Assembly: GCA_964344135.1 (NCBI GenBank)
Contig: CAYFMF010000001.1
Location: 14,236 to 72,286 of the forward strand
Direction: 5' to 3'
Length of the DNA stretch: 58,051 nt
From: an uncultured Piscirickettsiaceae bacterium
GTDB lineage: Bacteria; Pseudomonadota; Gammaproteobacteria; GCF-002020875
Position numbers and translations under genes: made by a program. Shown piece by piece: positions 23,327-35,288 of this stretch; positions within the stretch are counted from its first letter, which is position 1; every line of letters starts with the position of its first letter. The notes beneath the pieces were generated by a model that searched no databases, was not told the origin of the DNA, and saw only the letters and a list, made by a program, of their open reading frames with translations.

Positions 23327-24079
23327 ATGAAAGCAATGATTTTTGATGTGGATGGGACGCTGGCCGATACCGAACGTGATGGGCATCGGGTCGCTTTCAA
23401 TCTCGCCTTTGAGGAGGCGGGACTGGATTGGGAGTGGGATGAGGCGCTCTATGGAGAGCTGCTGGCGGTTACCGGCGGCAAGGAGCGTATCCGAAACTTT
23501 ATCGAGACAAAAAATCCGCTGGTGCCGGAGGTGGAGGATCTTGCGGCATGGATTGCCGGGCTGCATGCATCCAAGACCAGCCACTTTGTTGCCTTGATGG
23601 AGCAGGGGAAGATTCCTCTGCGCAGTGGGGTGAAGCGCCTGCTGACCGAGGCCCATGATGCGGGGGTACCGCTGGCGATTGCCACCACAACCACCCCGGA
23701 GAATGTCTCCGCGCTGCTCAACAATGCACTGTTTGAGGGGGCGGAGTCGTGGTTTGAGGTGATCGGTGCAGGAGATATCGTGCCGGCAAAGAAGCCTGCA
23801 CCGGATATCTACACCTATGTCATGGAACAGATGGGGCTACAACCGGAGGAGTGTATCGCTTTTGAGGACTCCGCCAACGGGATTTGCTCCTCCCGAGGAG
23901 CGCATCTGAAGACCATTGTGACGGTCAATGGCTACACCGCAGAGGAGGATTTCAGCGAGGCGGTGCTGGTGCTGGACCAGATGGGTGAGGCGGACAATCC
24001 CTGCAAGGTGTTGCAGGGGGAGGATCCGGGCAAGTGCTGTCTCGATCTGGAGTGGGTACGTACCCTCTGGGAGTCCTGA
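23327..24079 (+). CDS. cbbY: HAD-superfamily phosphatase, CbbY-like
   Basis: 250 aa. IFDVDGTLADTERDGHRVAFNLAFEEAGLDWEWDEALYGELLAVTGGKERI closely follows the CbbY N-terminal pattern. AGGGAG Shine-Dalgarno sequence upstream. Confidence 0.7.
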   Translation: MKAMIFDVDGTLADTERDGHRVAFNLAFEEAGLDWEWDEALYGELLAVTGGKERIRNFIETKNPLVPEVEDLAAWIAGLHASKTSHFVALMEQGKIPLRSGVKRLLTEAHDAGVPLAIATTTTPENVSALLNNALFEGAESWFEVIGAGDIVPAKKPAPDIYTYVMEQMGLQPEECIAFEDSANGICSSRGAHLKTIVTVNGYTAEEDFSEAVLVLDQMGEADNPCKVLQGEDPGKCCLDLEWVRTLWES

Positions 24080-25246
24080 TTGGTGCAAATTTCTCAACGG
24101 GCAGCGGAGATTGAGCCATTCCATGTGATGGATATCCTGGCTCATGCCCGTGAACTGGAGCGGCAGGGGCGCTCCATTATCCATATGGAGATTGGGGAGC
24201 CTGACTTTGAGACACCATCCCCCATCGTGGAGGCAGGAGTTGAGGCGCTGCAAACCGGACGGCATCACTATACCCCGGCACTGGGGCTTCCCGAGCTGCG
24301 GGAGAAGATCGCGGCCCACTACGGTGATGCCTATGGTGTCGAGGTCGCTGCCGAGCAGGTGGCCATCACTCCTGGCTCCTCGGGCGCACTACAGCTATTG
24401 AGTGCACTACTGATCAACCCTCAAGACGAGGTGTTGATGGCGGATCCGGGGTATCCCTGCAATCGTCACTTTGTACGACTCTTCGAGGGGAAAACCGTAC
24501 CGGTACATGTCGGTCCAGAGAACAGATTTCAGCTGACGGCAGAGCTGGTCGAGCGCCACTGGAGCAGTCGGAGCCGTGTGGTGATGGTCTCCTCACCATC
24601 CAACCCGACCGGCAGCATGATTGCGGAGGAGGAGCTGTCACGAATCGCCACGATGGTCGCTGAGCGGGGAGGCTCTCTGATCGTGGATGAGATCTATCAG
24701 GGGCTCACCTATGGCGGGAGGCAGTTTACCGCGCTTGGGCTTCCCGGTGCCCCGTTTGTGGTGAACAGTTTCTCCAAATACTATGGGATGACGGGGTGGA
24801 GGCTGGGGTGGATGGTTGCCCCCAGAGAGGCGATGGATGGCCTGGATCGTCTTGCGCAGAACCTCTTTCTGGCACCACCGACACCATCGCAGTATGCGGC
24901 ACTGGCGGCATTTGATCCAGAGACAACAGAGATCCTGCGGCAGCGCCGTGACCGCTTCAGGCGGCGCAGGGACTTTCTCTGTGCGGCACTGCTGGAGCTG
25001 GGGTTCAGGATTGAGAGGCTTCCGGAGGGCGCCTTCTATCTCTACGCAGACTGCAGTGGTCTGACCGGCGACAGTAGTCAGTTTGCGATGGAGCTGCTTG
25101 AGCATGCCGGGGTTGCAGTGACACCGGGCAAGGACTTTGCAACCCGGGATGCGGGGCGCTGGATCCGCTTCGCCTACACCACCTCGCTGCGGCAGCTGCA
25201 AGAGGGGGTTGATCGAATCCGGGACTACCTCTCCGGGAGAGGGTAG
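24080..25246 (+). CDS. Class I/II PLP-dependent aminotransferase (AspC-like)
   Basis: 388 aa with GEPDFETP and NSFSKYYGMTGWRLGW (PLP Lys) motifs. The start is TTG 24080 or GTG 24083, directly after the upstream stop. Confidence 0.85.
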   Translation: MVQISQRAAEIEPFHVMDILAHARELERQGRSIIHMEIGEPDFETPSPIVEAGVEALQTGRHHYTPALGLPELREKIAAHYGDAYGVEVAAEQVAITPGSSGALQLLSALLINPQDEVLMADPGYPCNRHFVRLFEGKTVPVHVGPENRFQLTAELVERHWSSRSRVVMVSSPSNPTGSMIAEEELSRIATMVAERGGSLIVDEIYQGLTYGGRQFTALGLPGAPFVVNSFSKYYGMTGWRLGWMVAPREAMDGLDRLAQNLFLAPPTPSQYAALAAFDPETTEILRQRRDRFRRRRDFLCAALLELGFRIERLPEGAFYLYADCSGLTGDSSQFAMELLEHAGVAVTPGKDFATRDAGRWIRFAYTTSLRQLQEGVDRIRDYLSGRG

Positions 25247-25257
25247 CGGTTTCGGTC

Positions 25258-25569
25258 ATGAAAAAGATAACACTACAGCAGTTTCGCTCCCTCCAGCTGC
25301 CCCGTACCCTGCAGAGGGGCGGGCAGGGTGTTGGTGTAGTGGGTGTGCTCTGCTGGTTCTGGTGGGTGCTGTTTGAGAAGGGGTTTCTGCAGGTGCTTCT
25401 CACTGGCGCACCCGATCTTCAGGTCATTCTGATGGGGTTGCCACTGCTGCTGATTCTGCCGGCTCTCTTCTATACGGCACTCTTCATCCTGTTGAGGGTG
25501 GTGACCTGGCTGTTTTTCTCCCCGGAAAGCAGAGAGCCGGAGGACCCGGAGGATCCACCGGCTCTCTGA
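25258..25569 (+). CDS. Small membrane protein (2 predicted TM helices), hypothetical
   Basis: 103 aa with hydrophobic stretches GVGVVGVLCWFWWVLF and VILMGLPLLLILPALFYTALFILLRVVTWLFF. No family recognised. Confidence 0.5.
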   Translation: MKKITLQQFRSLQLPRTLQRGGQGVGVVGVLCWFWWVLFEKGFLQVLLTGAPDLQVILMGLPLLLILPALFYTALFILLRVVTWLFFSPESREPEDPEDPPAL

Positions 25570-25590
25570 TACGAGCCTTGTGTCGGTTGC

Positions 25591-25926
25591 TTACTTCGCG
25601 ATCGAGGCGTAGTGAGGGGCAATACCGTAGTATGGGGCTGCTGAGTAGTGCTCGGTTCTCAGATCAGAGATCCCCTTGAAGCGGCTGTTCTCTGCGGCAT
25701 CCATATCGGCATTCATCTCGGAGGAGCCTCTGCCAGAGGCATTGATGCTCATGCTGAAGTTGCCCTCTGCGTCACCATGACCCTTTCCGGCGCCACGACC
25801 GTTTCCATCGAATGCGCTGTCAACCGTTCCGGTTCCGTAGCCGTTCTGGTTGTCGTCACTGTTAAAGAAGGCCGAGGCGCTGCTGGCAACAGCGGTAAGC
25901 AGGATAGAGGCGATAATGTTCTTCAT
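25591..25926 (-). CDS. Small secreted Gly/Asn/Asp-rich protein with Tyr-rich C-terminus (possible sulfur-globule-type structural protein)
   Basis: 111 aa with signal peptide MKNIIASILLTAVASSASA. Low-complexity core DGNGRGAGKGHGDAEGNFSMSINASGRGSS and tail HYSAAPYYGIAPHYA. A strong promoter lies upstream. The CDS call is solid; the Sgp assignment comes from memory of Sgp composition and motifs only. Confidence 0.75.
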   Translation of the reverse strand: MKNIIASILLTAVASSASAFFNSDDNQNGYGTGTVDSAFDGNGRGAGKGHGDAEGNFSMSINASGRGSSEMNADMDAAENSRFKGISDLRTEHYSAAPYYGIAPHYASIAK

Positions 25927-25991
25927 GATAATTTCCCTGTAACTTGTCTGTATTTTGTTGGGGTTTGACCCACGAAAAGAGTAATGCGCGC

Positions 25992-26020
25992 AGTATATAG
26001 ATATTAAATAAAATTGTAAA
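25992..26020 (-). promoter_or_regulatory. Near-consensus sigma-70 promoter for the secreted Gly-rich protein gene
   Basis: The minus strand reads TTTACA-N17-TATACT (-35 at 26020-26015, -10 at 25997-25992) within a 116-nt AT-rich spacer, about 65 nt upstream of ATG 25926. Confidence 0.55.
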
Positions 26021-26042
26021 ATAAGTGGAATCTATAGGTGCA

Positions 26043-27344
26043 TTAAATGGAGACAACAGGAAGCAGGGCTGCCCCATAGGCCGCCTCGGTCTGGGTGGCG
26101 ATATCGATCTGCAGGTCGGGCAGCTCTTGATGAAAAAGGTTTTGGCGGAGCGCCATCCAGTTTCGGTTTACTGCCCCCCCGCCCGAGGTGATGATGCGGC
26201 GCAGGGGTGGTCCCCCAAGCGCCCCCATTTTTCGATATCCCCGCTGCTCAATTCGGGTTAACCCCTCCAGTATCCCCTGCAGAAAGATCTGATCCTCTTT
26301 TGGACGGGGGGTGAGTCGTGGCATCAACAGGGGGTCGGCAACGGGAAAGCGCTCCCCTCTGGAGGGGAGGGGATAGTAGTCCAGGCCGGTCGGTTCATCG
26401 GGGTTGATTTTGCTGCTCAGTTGCCGAATCTGCTCCAGGGAGAAGTGGTTGAGGAGTACGCCTGCCCCGGCATTGGAGGCGCCGCTGATCAGCCAGTGGC
26501 TCCCCAGTCGGTGGCTGTAGATGCCATCTCGAGGTGAGAAGAGGGGGGTGGATGAGACCAGCTTGAGTACCAGTGTGGTTCCCAGCGAGGTAACTGCATC
26601 ACCCTCAACGCGTGCCCCGGCCGCAATGGTGGCAGCAATGCTGTCGGTTGTCCCGCAGTGGATCCTGATCGGCCGGCTGGTGTTGAGTCCCAGTCGATCT
26701 GCCAGATCGGCTCTCAGGATGCTGTACGCGGTTCCGGGAGGTGAAACGGCCGGCAGCATGCCGGGGGGCAGCTCAAGCGCCTCCATCCAGTCGGGCCACC
26801 CCCGGTGGATGATGTCATATCCCAGCTTCAGGGCATTGTTCTCGTCACTCTGTCCGAATGCTCCACCCAGTCGGTTACTGATCCAGTCGGCCTGGTGCAG
26901 GGCAAGAGTTCCCCGGGGGATCCTCTCCACCCCCCTGTCAAGCAGCCAGAGCAGCTTGGCCAGTGACGAGGTTGGACCATGTGCGCCACTCTCGCTGGGT
27001 GCAATCTGCGAGATTCGTTCTGCCTCCTCAATCGCACGGCAATCATCGTACATCAGTGCCGCTGTCAGCACTCTTCCCCCGGAATCCGTCAGCAGCAGGG
27101 TGGAGGAGGTTCCATCCACCGTGATCGAGCTCACCTCACCATGGTCTGGGATGGCTGAGAACAGTCGCTGCAGCACCACAGTGGTTGCCTGCCACCACGC
27201 CTCGGGGTTCTGTTCCGATGCTCCCTCCGTCCGCCTGGAGGGGGGAAGGGGTTCTCGCTGTTGCGCATGGATCATCCCCGCTGAATCGACTGCAATGGCT
27301 CTGACACCGGAGGTGCCAAGATCAATTCCAACATGGATGGCCAT
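26043..27344 (-). CDS. FGGY-family carbohydrate kinase
   Basis: ORF trimmed to ATG 27344 (MAIHVGIDLGTSGVRAIAVD). It has an actin-like ATPase N-terminus and the C-terminal GGGA motif (ITSGGGAVNRNW). The substrate is not inferable. Confidence 0.75.
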   Translation of the reverse strand: MAIHVGIDLGTSGVRAIAVDSAGMIHAQQREPLPPSRRTEGASEQNPEAWWQATTVVLQRLFSAIPDHGEVSSITVDGTSSTLLLTDSGGRVLTAALMYDDCRAIEEAERISQIAPSESGAHGPTSSLAKLLWLLDRGVERIPRGTLALHQADWISNRLGGAFGQSDENNALKLGYDIIHRGWPDWMEALELPPGMLPAVSPPGTAYSILRADLADRLGLNTSRPIRIHCGTTDSIAATIAAGARVEGDAVTSLGTTLVLKLVSSTPLFSPRDGIYSHRLGSHWLISGASNAGAGVLLNHFSLEQIRQLSSKINPDEPTGLDYYPLPSRGERFPVADPLLMPRLTPRPKEDQIFLQGILEGLTRIEQRGYRKMGALGGPPLRRIITSGGGAVNRNWMALRQNLFHQELPDLQIDIATQTEAAYGAALLPVVSI

Positions 27345-27363
27345 GGGTGCGACGGCGGGCCTG

Positions 27364-27774
27364 TCAGGCGGGGGTGGGGGAAACTCCGGGAAGCTCAACA
27401 ACCGGTGCGGGGCTCCAGTCTGGGGCGCGGTGCTCTGCAACAACGGTTGTATAGACCCCGCCGCGAACATTGAAGACGGCGCTCAGGCGCATGAATCTGG
27501 GGCTGGTTGCGGCAACCAGATCGGAGAGGATCTGGTTGGTGACTGCCTCGTGAAAGGCGCCCTCGTTGCGGTAGGACCAGACATACATCTTGAATGATTT
27601 CAGCTCAACACAGTGCTGGTCGGGGACGTACTCCAGGTCGAGTGTTGCGAAGTCGGGCTGTCCCGTTTTGGGGCAGAGGCAGGTGAATTCCGGGGTATGA
27701 ATACGGATTGTGTAGTCACGTTCCGGGGTGGGGTTGTCAAAGCTCTCCAATTCCTTGCTGGGGCTGCTTGCCAT
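27364..27774 (-). CDS. queF: NADPH-dependent 7-cyano-7-deazaguanine (preQ0) reductase, short type
   Basis: ORF trimmed to ATG 27774, with AAGGAAAG upstream. Motifs: [17 protein letters not shown] (catalytic Cys) and [17 protein letters not shown]. Confidence 0.9.
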   Translation of the reverse strand: MASSPSKELESFDNPTPERDYTIRIHTPEFTCLCPKTGQPDFATLDLEYVPDQHCVELKSFKMYVWSYRNEGAFHEAVTNQILSDLVAATSPRFMRLSAVFNVRGGVYTTVVAEHRAPDWSPAPVVELPGVSPTPA

Positions 27775-27957
27775 CTCTATCTTTCCTTGTTTATATACAA
27801 TACAAAACATCAAGTTATAATATGAACCTAATGTTGTTTCATTGTTGGTTTATTGCTCGGTTGAGTGCTATTATACGACACAATCCAAAGCCGTTTTATC
27901 AAACCCGCTCACCCCGGATTTTGAGCACCCAGCCCACCTGTTGGATATAGCGAGGAT

Positions 27958-30900
27958 ATGCGACTAAAAACACTCAAGCTTGCTGGATTCAAATCTTTTG
28001 TGGATCCAACCACGGTCCCATTCCCAAGCAATCTGGTCGGCGTGATCGGCCCCAACGGGTGTGGAAAATCCAATATCATCGATGCCGTTCGCTGGGTCAT
28101 GGGCGAGAGCTCAGCCAAGCAGCTGCGTGGCGACTCCATGGCCGATGTCATCTTCAATGGCTCCAGTGCACGCAAACCGGTCGGCCATGCATCGGTGGAG
28201 CTGGTCTTCGACAACTCCGCAGGAAAGCTGCAGGGGCAGTATGCCAGCTTCAGTGAGATCTCGGTCAAGCGCAAGGCTTCAAGAGATGGTGTCTCAAGCT
28301 ACTACCTCAACGGAACCAAGTGTCGACGACGCGACATCATGGACCTCTTTCTGGGTACAGGCCTTGGTCCGCGCAGCTATGCCATCATTGAGCAGGGGAT
28401 GATCTCCCGCTTTGTCGAGGCCAAGCCCGATGATCTGCGGGTACTGATTGAGGAGGCGGCAGGAATCTCCAAATACAAGGAGCGCCGTAGAGAGACAGAG
28501 AATCGCATGCGCCATACGCGTGAAAATCTGGACCGGATCAACGATCTTCGTGAGGAGATGGCCAAGCAGCTGCGCCGTCTGGAGCGCCAGTCCCGTGCGG
28601 CAGAGCGCTACCGGAAGCTCAAGCAGGAGGAGCGTCTGATGCAGGCCCAGTTGCTGGCGCTGCGTTGGCAGGAGTATGACCAGAAGGCGGAACAGCAGGA
28701 CCGGGAGACACGCCGGGCAGAAGTCTCCGTGCAGCAGCGGCTCTCGCAGCAGCGCGCACTGGAGAGCGAGATCGAGAAGGGGCGACAGCGCCATGCGGAG
28801 TCCAATGACTCGTTCAATGAGGTGCAGGGGCGCTTCTACGCAATTGGTGCAGAGATTGCGAGAACAGAACAGAACCTGAAGGGGATGAGAGAGCGCCAGG
28901 ACCAGCTTGGAAAGGATCTTGAGCAGGCCGAGGGTGCATGGCACGAGGCCAATGCGATGATGAAGGCCGATCAGCAGCGTATCCTGGAGCTGGAGGAGTC
29001 CCTGCTGCAGGACGAGCCACAGCTGAAGCAGCTGCAGAAGGAGGATGGTGCACTCACCGCTCTCTGGGAGGAGGCGGAGCAGGAGTGGCATGAGTGGCAG
29101 GGCAAGCTGGAACACTTCAACCGGCTGGCCAATGATCCAAAGCGGGATGCCGAGATTGCCCGTTCGCGCATCGAGCAGCTCGATCGTCAGCGCTTCAACA
29201 GCGAGCGTCAACAGCAGAGATTGCTGGAGGAGCAGCAGACGCTGCCCGTAGTGGATGGCGCCGAGCTTGAACAGATGCAGCAGACCCTGCAGCAGCGGGA
29301 GAGTGATCTTCAGCAGTTGCGGGAGGCAGGCCACGCGCTGCGTGAACAGATTGCGGCTCAGCGTGAGGAGAACCGTCAGACCACCGACCGGCTTGATGGT
29401 CGCCGTGGAGCGCTGCAGCAGCTGCGCGGAAGGCTCACCTCCCTGGAGGCACTGCAGCAGGATGCGTTGGGGCGTGAGAAGAGTGGAGTCCACTCCTGGC
29501 TGGAGCAGAGTGGGGTAGCCGATGCGCCTCGTCTGGCCGAAAAGCTGAACGCAGAGGCGGGCTGGGAGCGCGCCGTTGAGACGGTACTGGGTGCCTATCT
29601 GGAGGCGGTCACCGTTGAGGAGGATCACGATCTTCTGCAAGGTGCAACCCGACTGCAGAAGGGTGAGGTCCGTTTTGTTATGGAGCATGCCGGTGCAGCT
29701 GCAGGTCAGGAGTCCGGAGTGCTCAATGGGGCTCTTCCCCTCTCCTCGCTGGTAGAGACCGATCTGGCCATTGGCGGACTGCTGCAAGGGGTCTATGCGG
29801 TGGAGTCCCTGCAGCAGGCCCTGCAGCTCAGGCCGGAGCTTGATCCCGGGATTTCAGTGGTTACACGGGATGGGGTCTGGATCGGGCGGGAGTGGTCGCA
29901 GGTGGTTCGTGAGGATGATGCCCAGGAGGGGGTGTTGCAGAGAGAGCAGACGATCCGCGCCGTAAAGGAGCAGTTGCAGCAGATCGAGGCCGATGTTGCC
30001 TCCCTTGAATCTCTCCTTGAGGAGGGGCGTCAGAGGCAGAGGGAGCAGGAGCAGCTGCAGGAGCAGCAGCAGAACCGTATTGATCAACAGGCAGCGGAGC
30101 TTGCATCCAGCAAGGCGGATCTGAGCGGAAAGCTTGCCCGCCAGGATCAGCTCAGCAGTCGCAGAGAGCAGATTGACGAGGAGCTGCTCAGGCTTGAGTC
30201 CGATATCCGTCAAGCCAGGGAGGGTGTCCGGGAGTCACGCTCAAGACTTGAGATCGCACTGGCTGCAACGGAAGAGAGCGAGTTGCAGCGTCAGCAGATG
30301 GAGTCCAGAAGGGGCGCCCTGCGCGAGGCGATGGACCGCTCCAGAGACAGTGCACGTGAAAAGAGGGATCAGCTGCACCGTCTGACGGTTCAGGTTGAAT
30401 CCTCTCGTACCCGCCTGGAATCCACCCGCAATGGCCTGGTCCGCATGGAGGAGCAGCTTGCCACGAGCCAAGAGAGAAAACGGGAGCTTCTCCACTCCAA
30501 ACATGAGATGGAGTCACCGATCCAGCTGCTCAAGGAGGAGCTTGAGAAACATCTGGCGAAACAGCTGGTGGTGGAGAATGAGCTCACTGATGCGCGTCGA
30601 AAACTTGAGGAGATCGAACACCATCTGCGTGAACTGGATGGAGAGCGGATGGAGGCGGAGCAGGATCTCCAGAAGCTGCGTTCGGCACATGAAAAACTGC
30701 TGCTGGAGGGTCAGGAGATACGTGTCCGTCGCCAGACACTGGATGAGCAGCTGCAGGAGAGTGGCTACCAGAGAGAGCCGCTGCTACAGGAGATGCCCGA
30801 GGAGGCAACCGCCGAACAGTGGCAGCAGGACGTCGATCAGATGGCTCTGCGGATTCAGCGCCTGGGGCCGATCAACCTTGCAGCGATCGATGAGTACCAG

Positions 30901-31481
30901 ACAGAGACCGAGCGCAAGGAGCACCTGGATCAGCAGCACGATGATCTGGTTGATGCCCTGACCACTCTTGAAAACGCCATCGGAAAGATCGACCGGGAGA
31001 CCCGTACCCGTTTCAGGGAGACCTTCGAGAGAATCAATGATGGCCTGAAGAGCAACTTCCCGCAGCTGTTTGGCGGGGGACGTGCCTATCTGGAGATGAC
31101 CGGTGAGGATCTGCTGGATACCGGGGTGACGGTCATGGCCCAGCCTCCGGGCAAGCGAAACAGTACCATCCATCTGCTCTCGGGTGGAGAGAAGGCGCTG
31201 ACTGCGGTAGCACTGGTCTTCTCCATCTTTGAGCTCAACCCGGCACCATTCTGCATGCTGGATGAGGTGGACGCCCCGCTGGATGAGGCCAATGTCGGCC
31301 GCTTCTCCAACATGGTCAAGAAGATGTCCGAACGGGTGCAGTTCATCTTCATCACCCATAACAAGGCAACCATGGAGATCTCGGATCAACTCTCCGGGGT
31401 TACGATGCATGAGCCGGGCGTCTCAAGAATGGTGGCAGTTGACATCGAAGAGGCAGAGGCGCTGGCCGCAAGCCAGGCAGT

Positions 31482-31485
<4 letters not shown>
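27958..31485 (+). CDS. smc: Chromosome segregation protein SMC
   Basis: 1175 aa with Walker A GPNGCGKSN, long coiled coils with a hinge, signature LSGGEKALTAVAL and Walker B FCMLDEVDAPLD. Confidence 0.96.
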
Positions 31486-34180
<2,695 letters not shown>

Positions 34181-34194
34181 GTAGCCGGGGGCGG

Positions 34195-34611
34195 TCAGCG
34201 GAACAGCTCCACGTAGTCCCTGTAGATGCAGCGATCCATTACCGTAAAGATCCCCGCCCCTGCGGCCCTCTCTGCTGACTCCGGGTGGACAACCCCCTCC
34301 TGTAGCCAGATCGCCGGCAGCCGAAGCTTGATCACCTGCTCCACAATGGGGGGGAGATGCTCCGGGGCACGGAAAACATCGACCAGATCAATGGGACCCT
34401 GGATCTCCCCCAGTGAACCGTATACATGCTCGCCGAGGATCTCGCCACCACCGGGGCGAACCGGAATGATGCGAAACCCGTAGCTCTGCATTGCAGCCGA
34501 GACCCGATGGCTGGGGCGGTTGGGCTGGGTTGAGATCCCAACCACCGCAATGGTGCGCACCCGGCTCAGACGGGTATGGATCTGATCCAGTGTGGGGTTG
34601 GTAAAAGGCAT
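34195..34611 (-). CDS. CoA-binding domain protein (YccU-like)
   Basis: 138 aa with RTIAVVGISTQPNRPSHRV and AIWLQEG motifs of the CoA_binding_2 family. Confidence 0.8.
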   Translation of the reverse strand: MPFTNPTLDQIHTRLSRVRTIAVVGISTQPNRPSHRVSAAMQSYGFRIIPVRPGGGEILGEHVYGSLGEIQGPIDLVDVFRAPEHLPPIVEQVIKLRLPAIWLQEGVVHPESAERAAGAGIFTVMDRCIYRDYVELFR

Positions 34612-34636
34612 CCCCCCTCAATACCCTCTCTGGTCG

Positions 34637-34825
34637 CTATTTGCTCTTGCAGGTGTTGATGCCGAAGATTGAGTAGGCAGGGCACCAGGAGAGCAGACCG
34701 GTTGCCAGCGGGACAACACCAATCCATCCCCATGCAGGCATTCTGCCCATTGCGGTCTCGGCAATCAGCACGGCACCAACCAGGATACGAAGAATTCGAT
34801 CAATATTTCCAACGTTCTTTGTCAT
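34637..34825 (-). CDS. DUF2892 (YgaP-like) small membrane protein
   Basis: 62 aa with the pattern NVGNIDRILRILVGAVLI...WCPAYSIFGINTC typical of this family. Confidence 0.8.
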   Translation of the reverse strand: MTKNVGNIDRILRILVGAVLIAETAMGRMPAWGWIGVVPLATGLLSWCPAYSIFGINTCKSK

Positions 34826-34898
34826 TTCATGAACTCCCTCTGATAAAAGATGGCCAATGGTAGAGCCCCATTGTTTCTGTTTGATTGCAGAAAATCAA

Positions 34899-35180
34899 CT
34901 AACCATAGAGACAGAGGTAGGCGGTCTCGACCTCCACCCGGAGCTGAAAACGCTGGTTGGCCTCAACGATAAACTCCTCCCCCTCACCGCAAGTGGCCCA
35001 GTCGCTGCTCCCAGGGAGCCTGACGGTTAATGCACCACTGACGACACGCATCGTCTCCCGCTCGCTGGTAGAGAACTCATATTCGCCCACAGCCATCACA
35101 CCAACGGTGGCTGGCAGCTTCTCTGTCTGGAGGGCAATGGATACAACATTGCCATCAAAATAGTGGTTGGTCTTCAGCAT
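34899..35180 (-). CDS. ppnP: Pyrimidine/purine nucleoside phosphorylase PpnP (DUF1255)
   Basis: Only the last 93 codons of ORF 34899..35864 are kept (ATG 35180). [15 protein letters not shown]...[18 protein letters not shown] is the cupin-like PpnP/YaiE pattern. Confidence 0.85.
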   Translation of the reverse strand: MLKTNHYFDGNVVSIALQTEKLPATVGVMAVGEYEFSTSERETMRVVSGALTVRLPGSSDWATCGEGEEFIVEANQRFQLRVEVETAYLCLYG

Positions 35181-35288
35181 CGCTATCTCCTGTAGTCCGC
35201 TTTTCTGTTGGGAGGATTCTACCCCAACTGCATTGCACTGTTGCGGTCCCTGGTTGACAATAGTGTGAGTGAACAGAAGGGGGGTGGT

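Noticed and set aside
26521-27597. 358-aa plus-strand ORF overlapping the FGGY kinase and queF.
   Set aside because: It is antisense to two well-supported genes, has a Ser/Ala/Pro/Arg-rich composition and shows no motifs. This is the same codon-register artefact.
27775-27957. I looked for a preQ1 riboswitch upstream of queF. I also looked for SAM or other riboswitch cores in the mtaD/mtnA spacer (50558-50610).
   Set aside because: I saw no recognisable conserved cores. The queF leader is only an AT-rich promoter region, and the mtaD/mtnA spacer is too short (53 nt).
34851-34872. Hairpin CAATGG-N10-CCATTG between ppnP and the DUF2892 gene, as a possible ppnP terminator.
   Set aside because: The stem is short (6 bp) and the downstream T-run on the minus strand is weak and interrupted. 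The support is not strong enough to list it as a feature.
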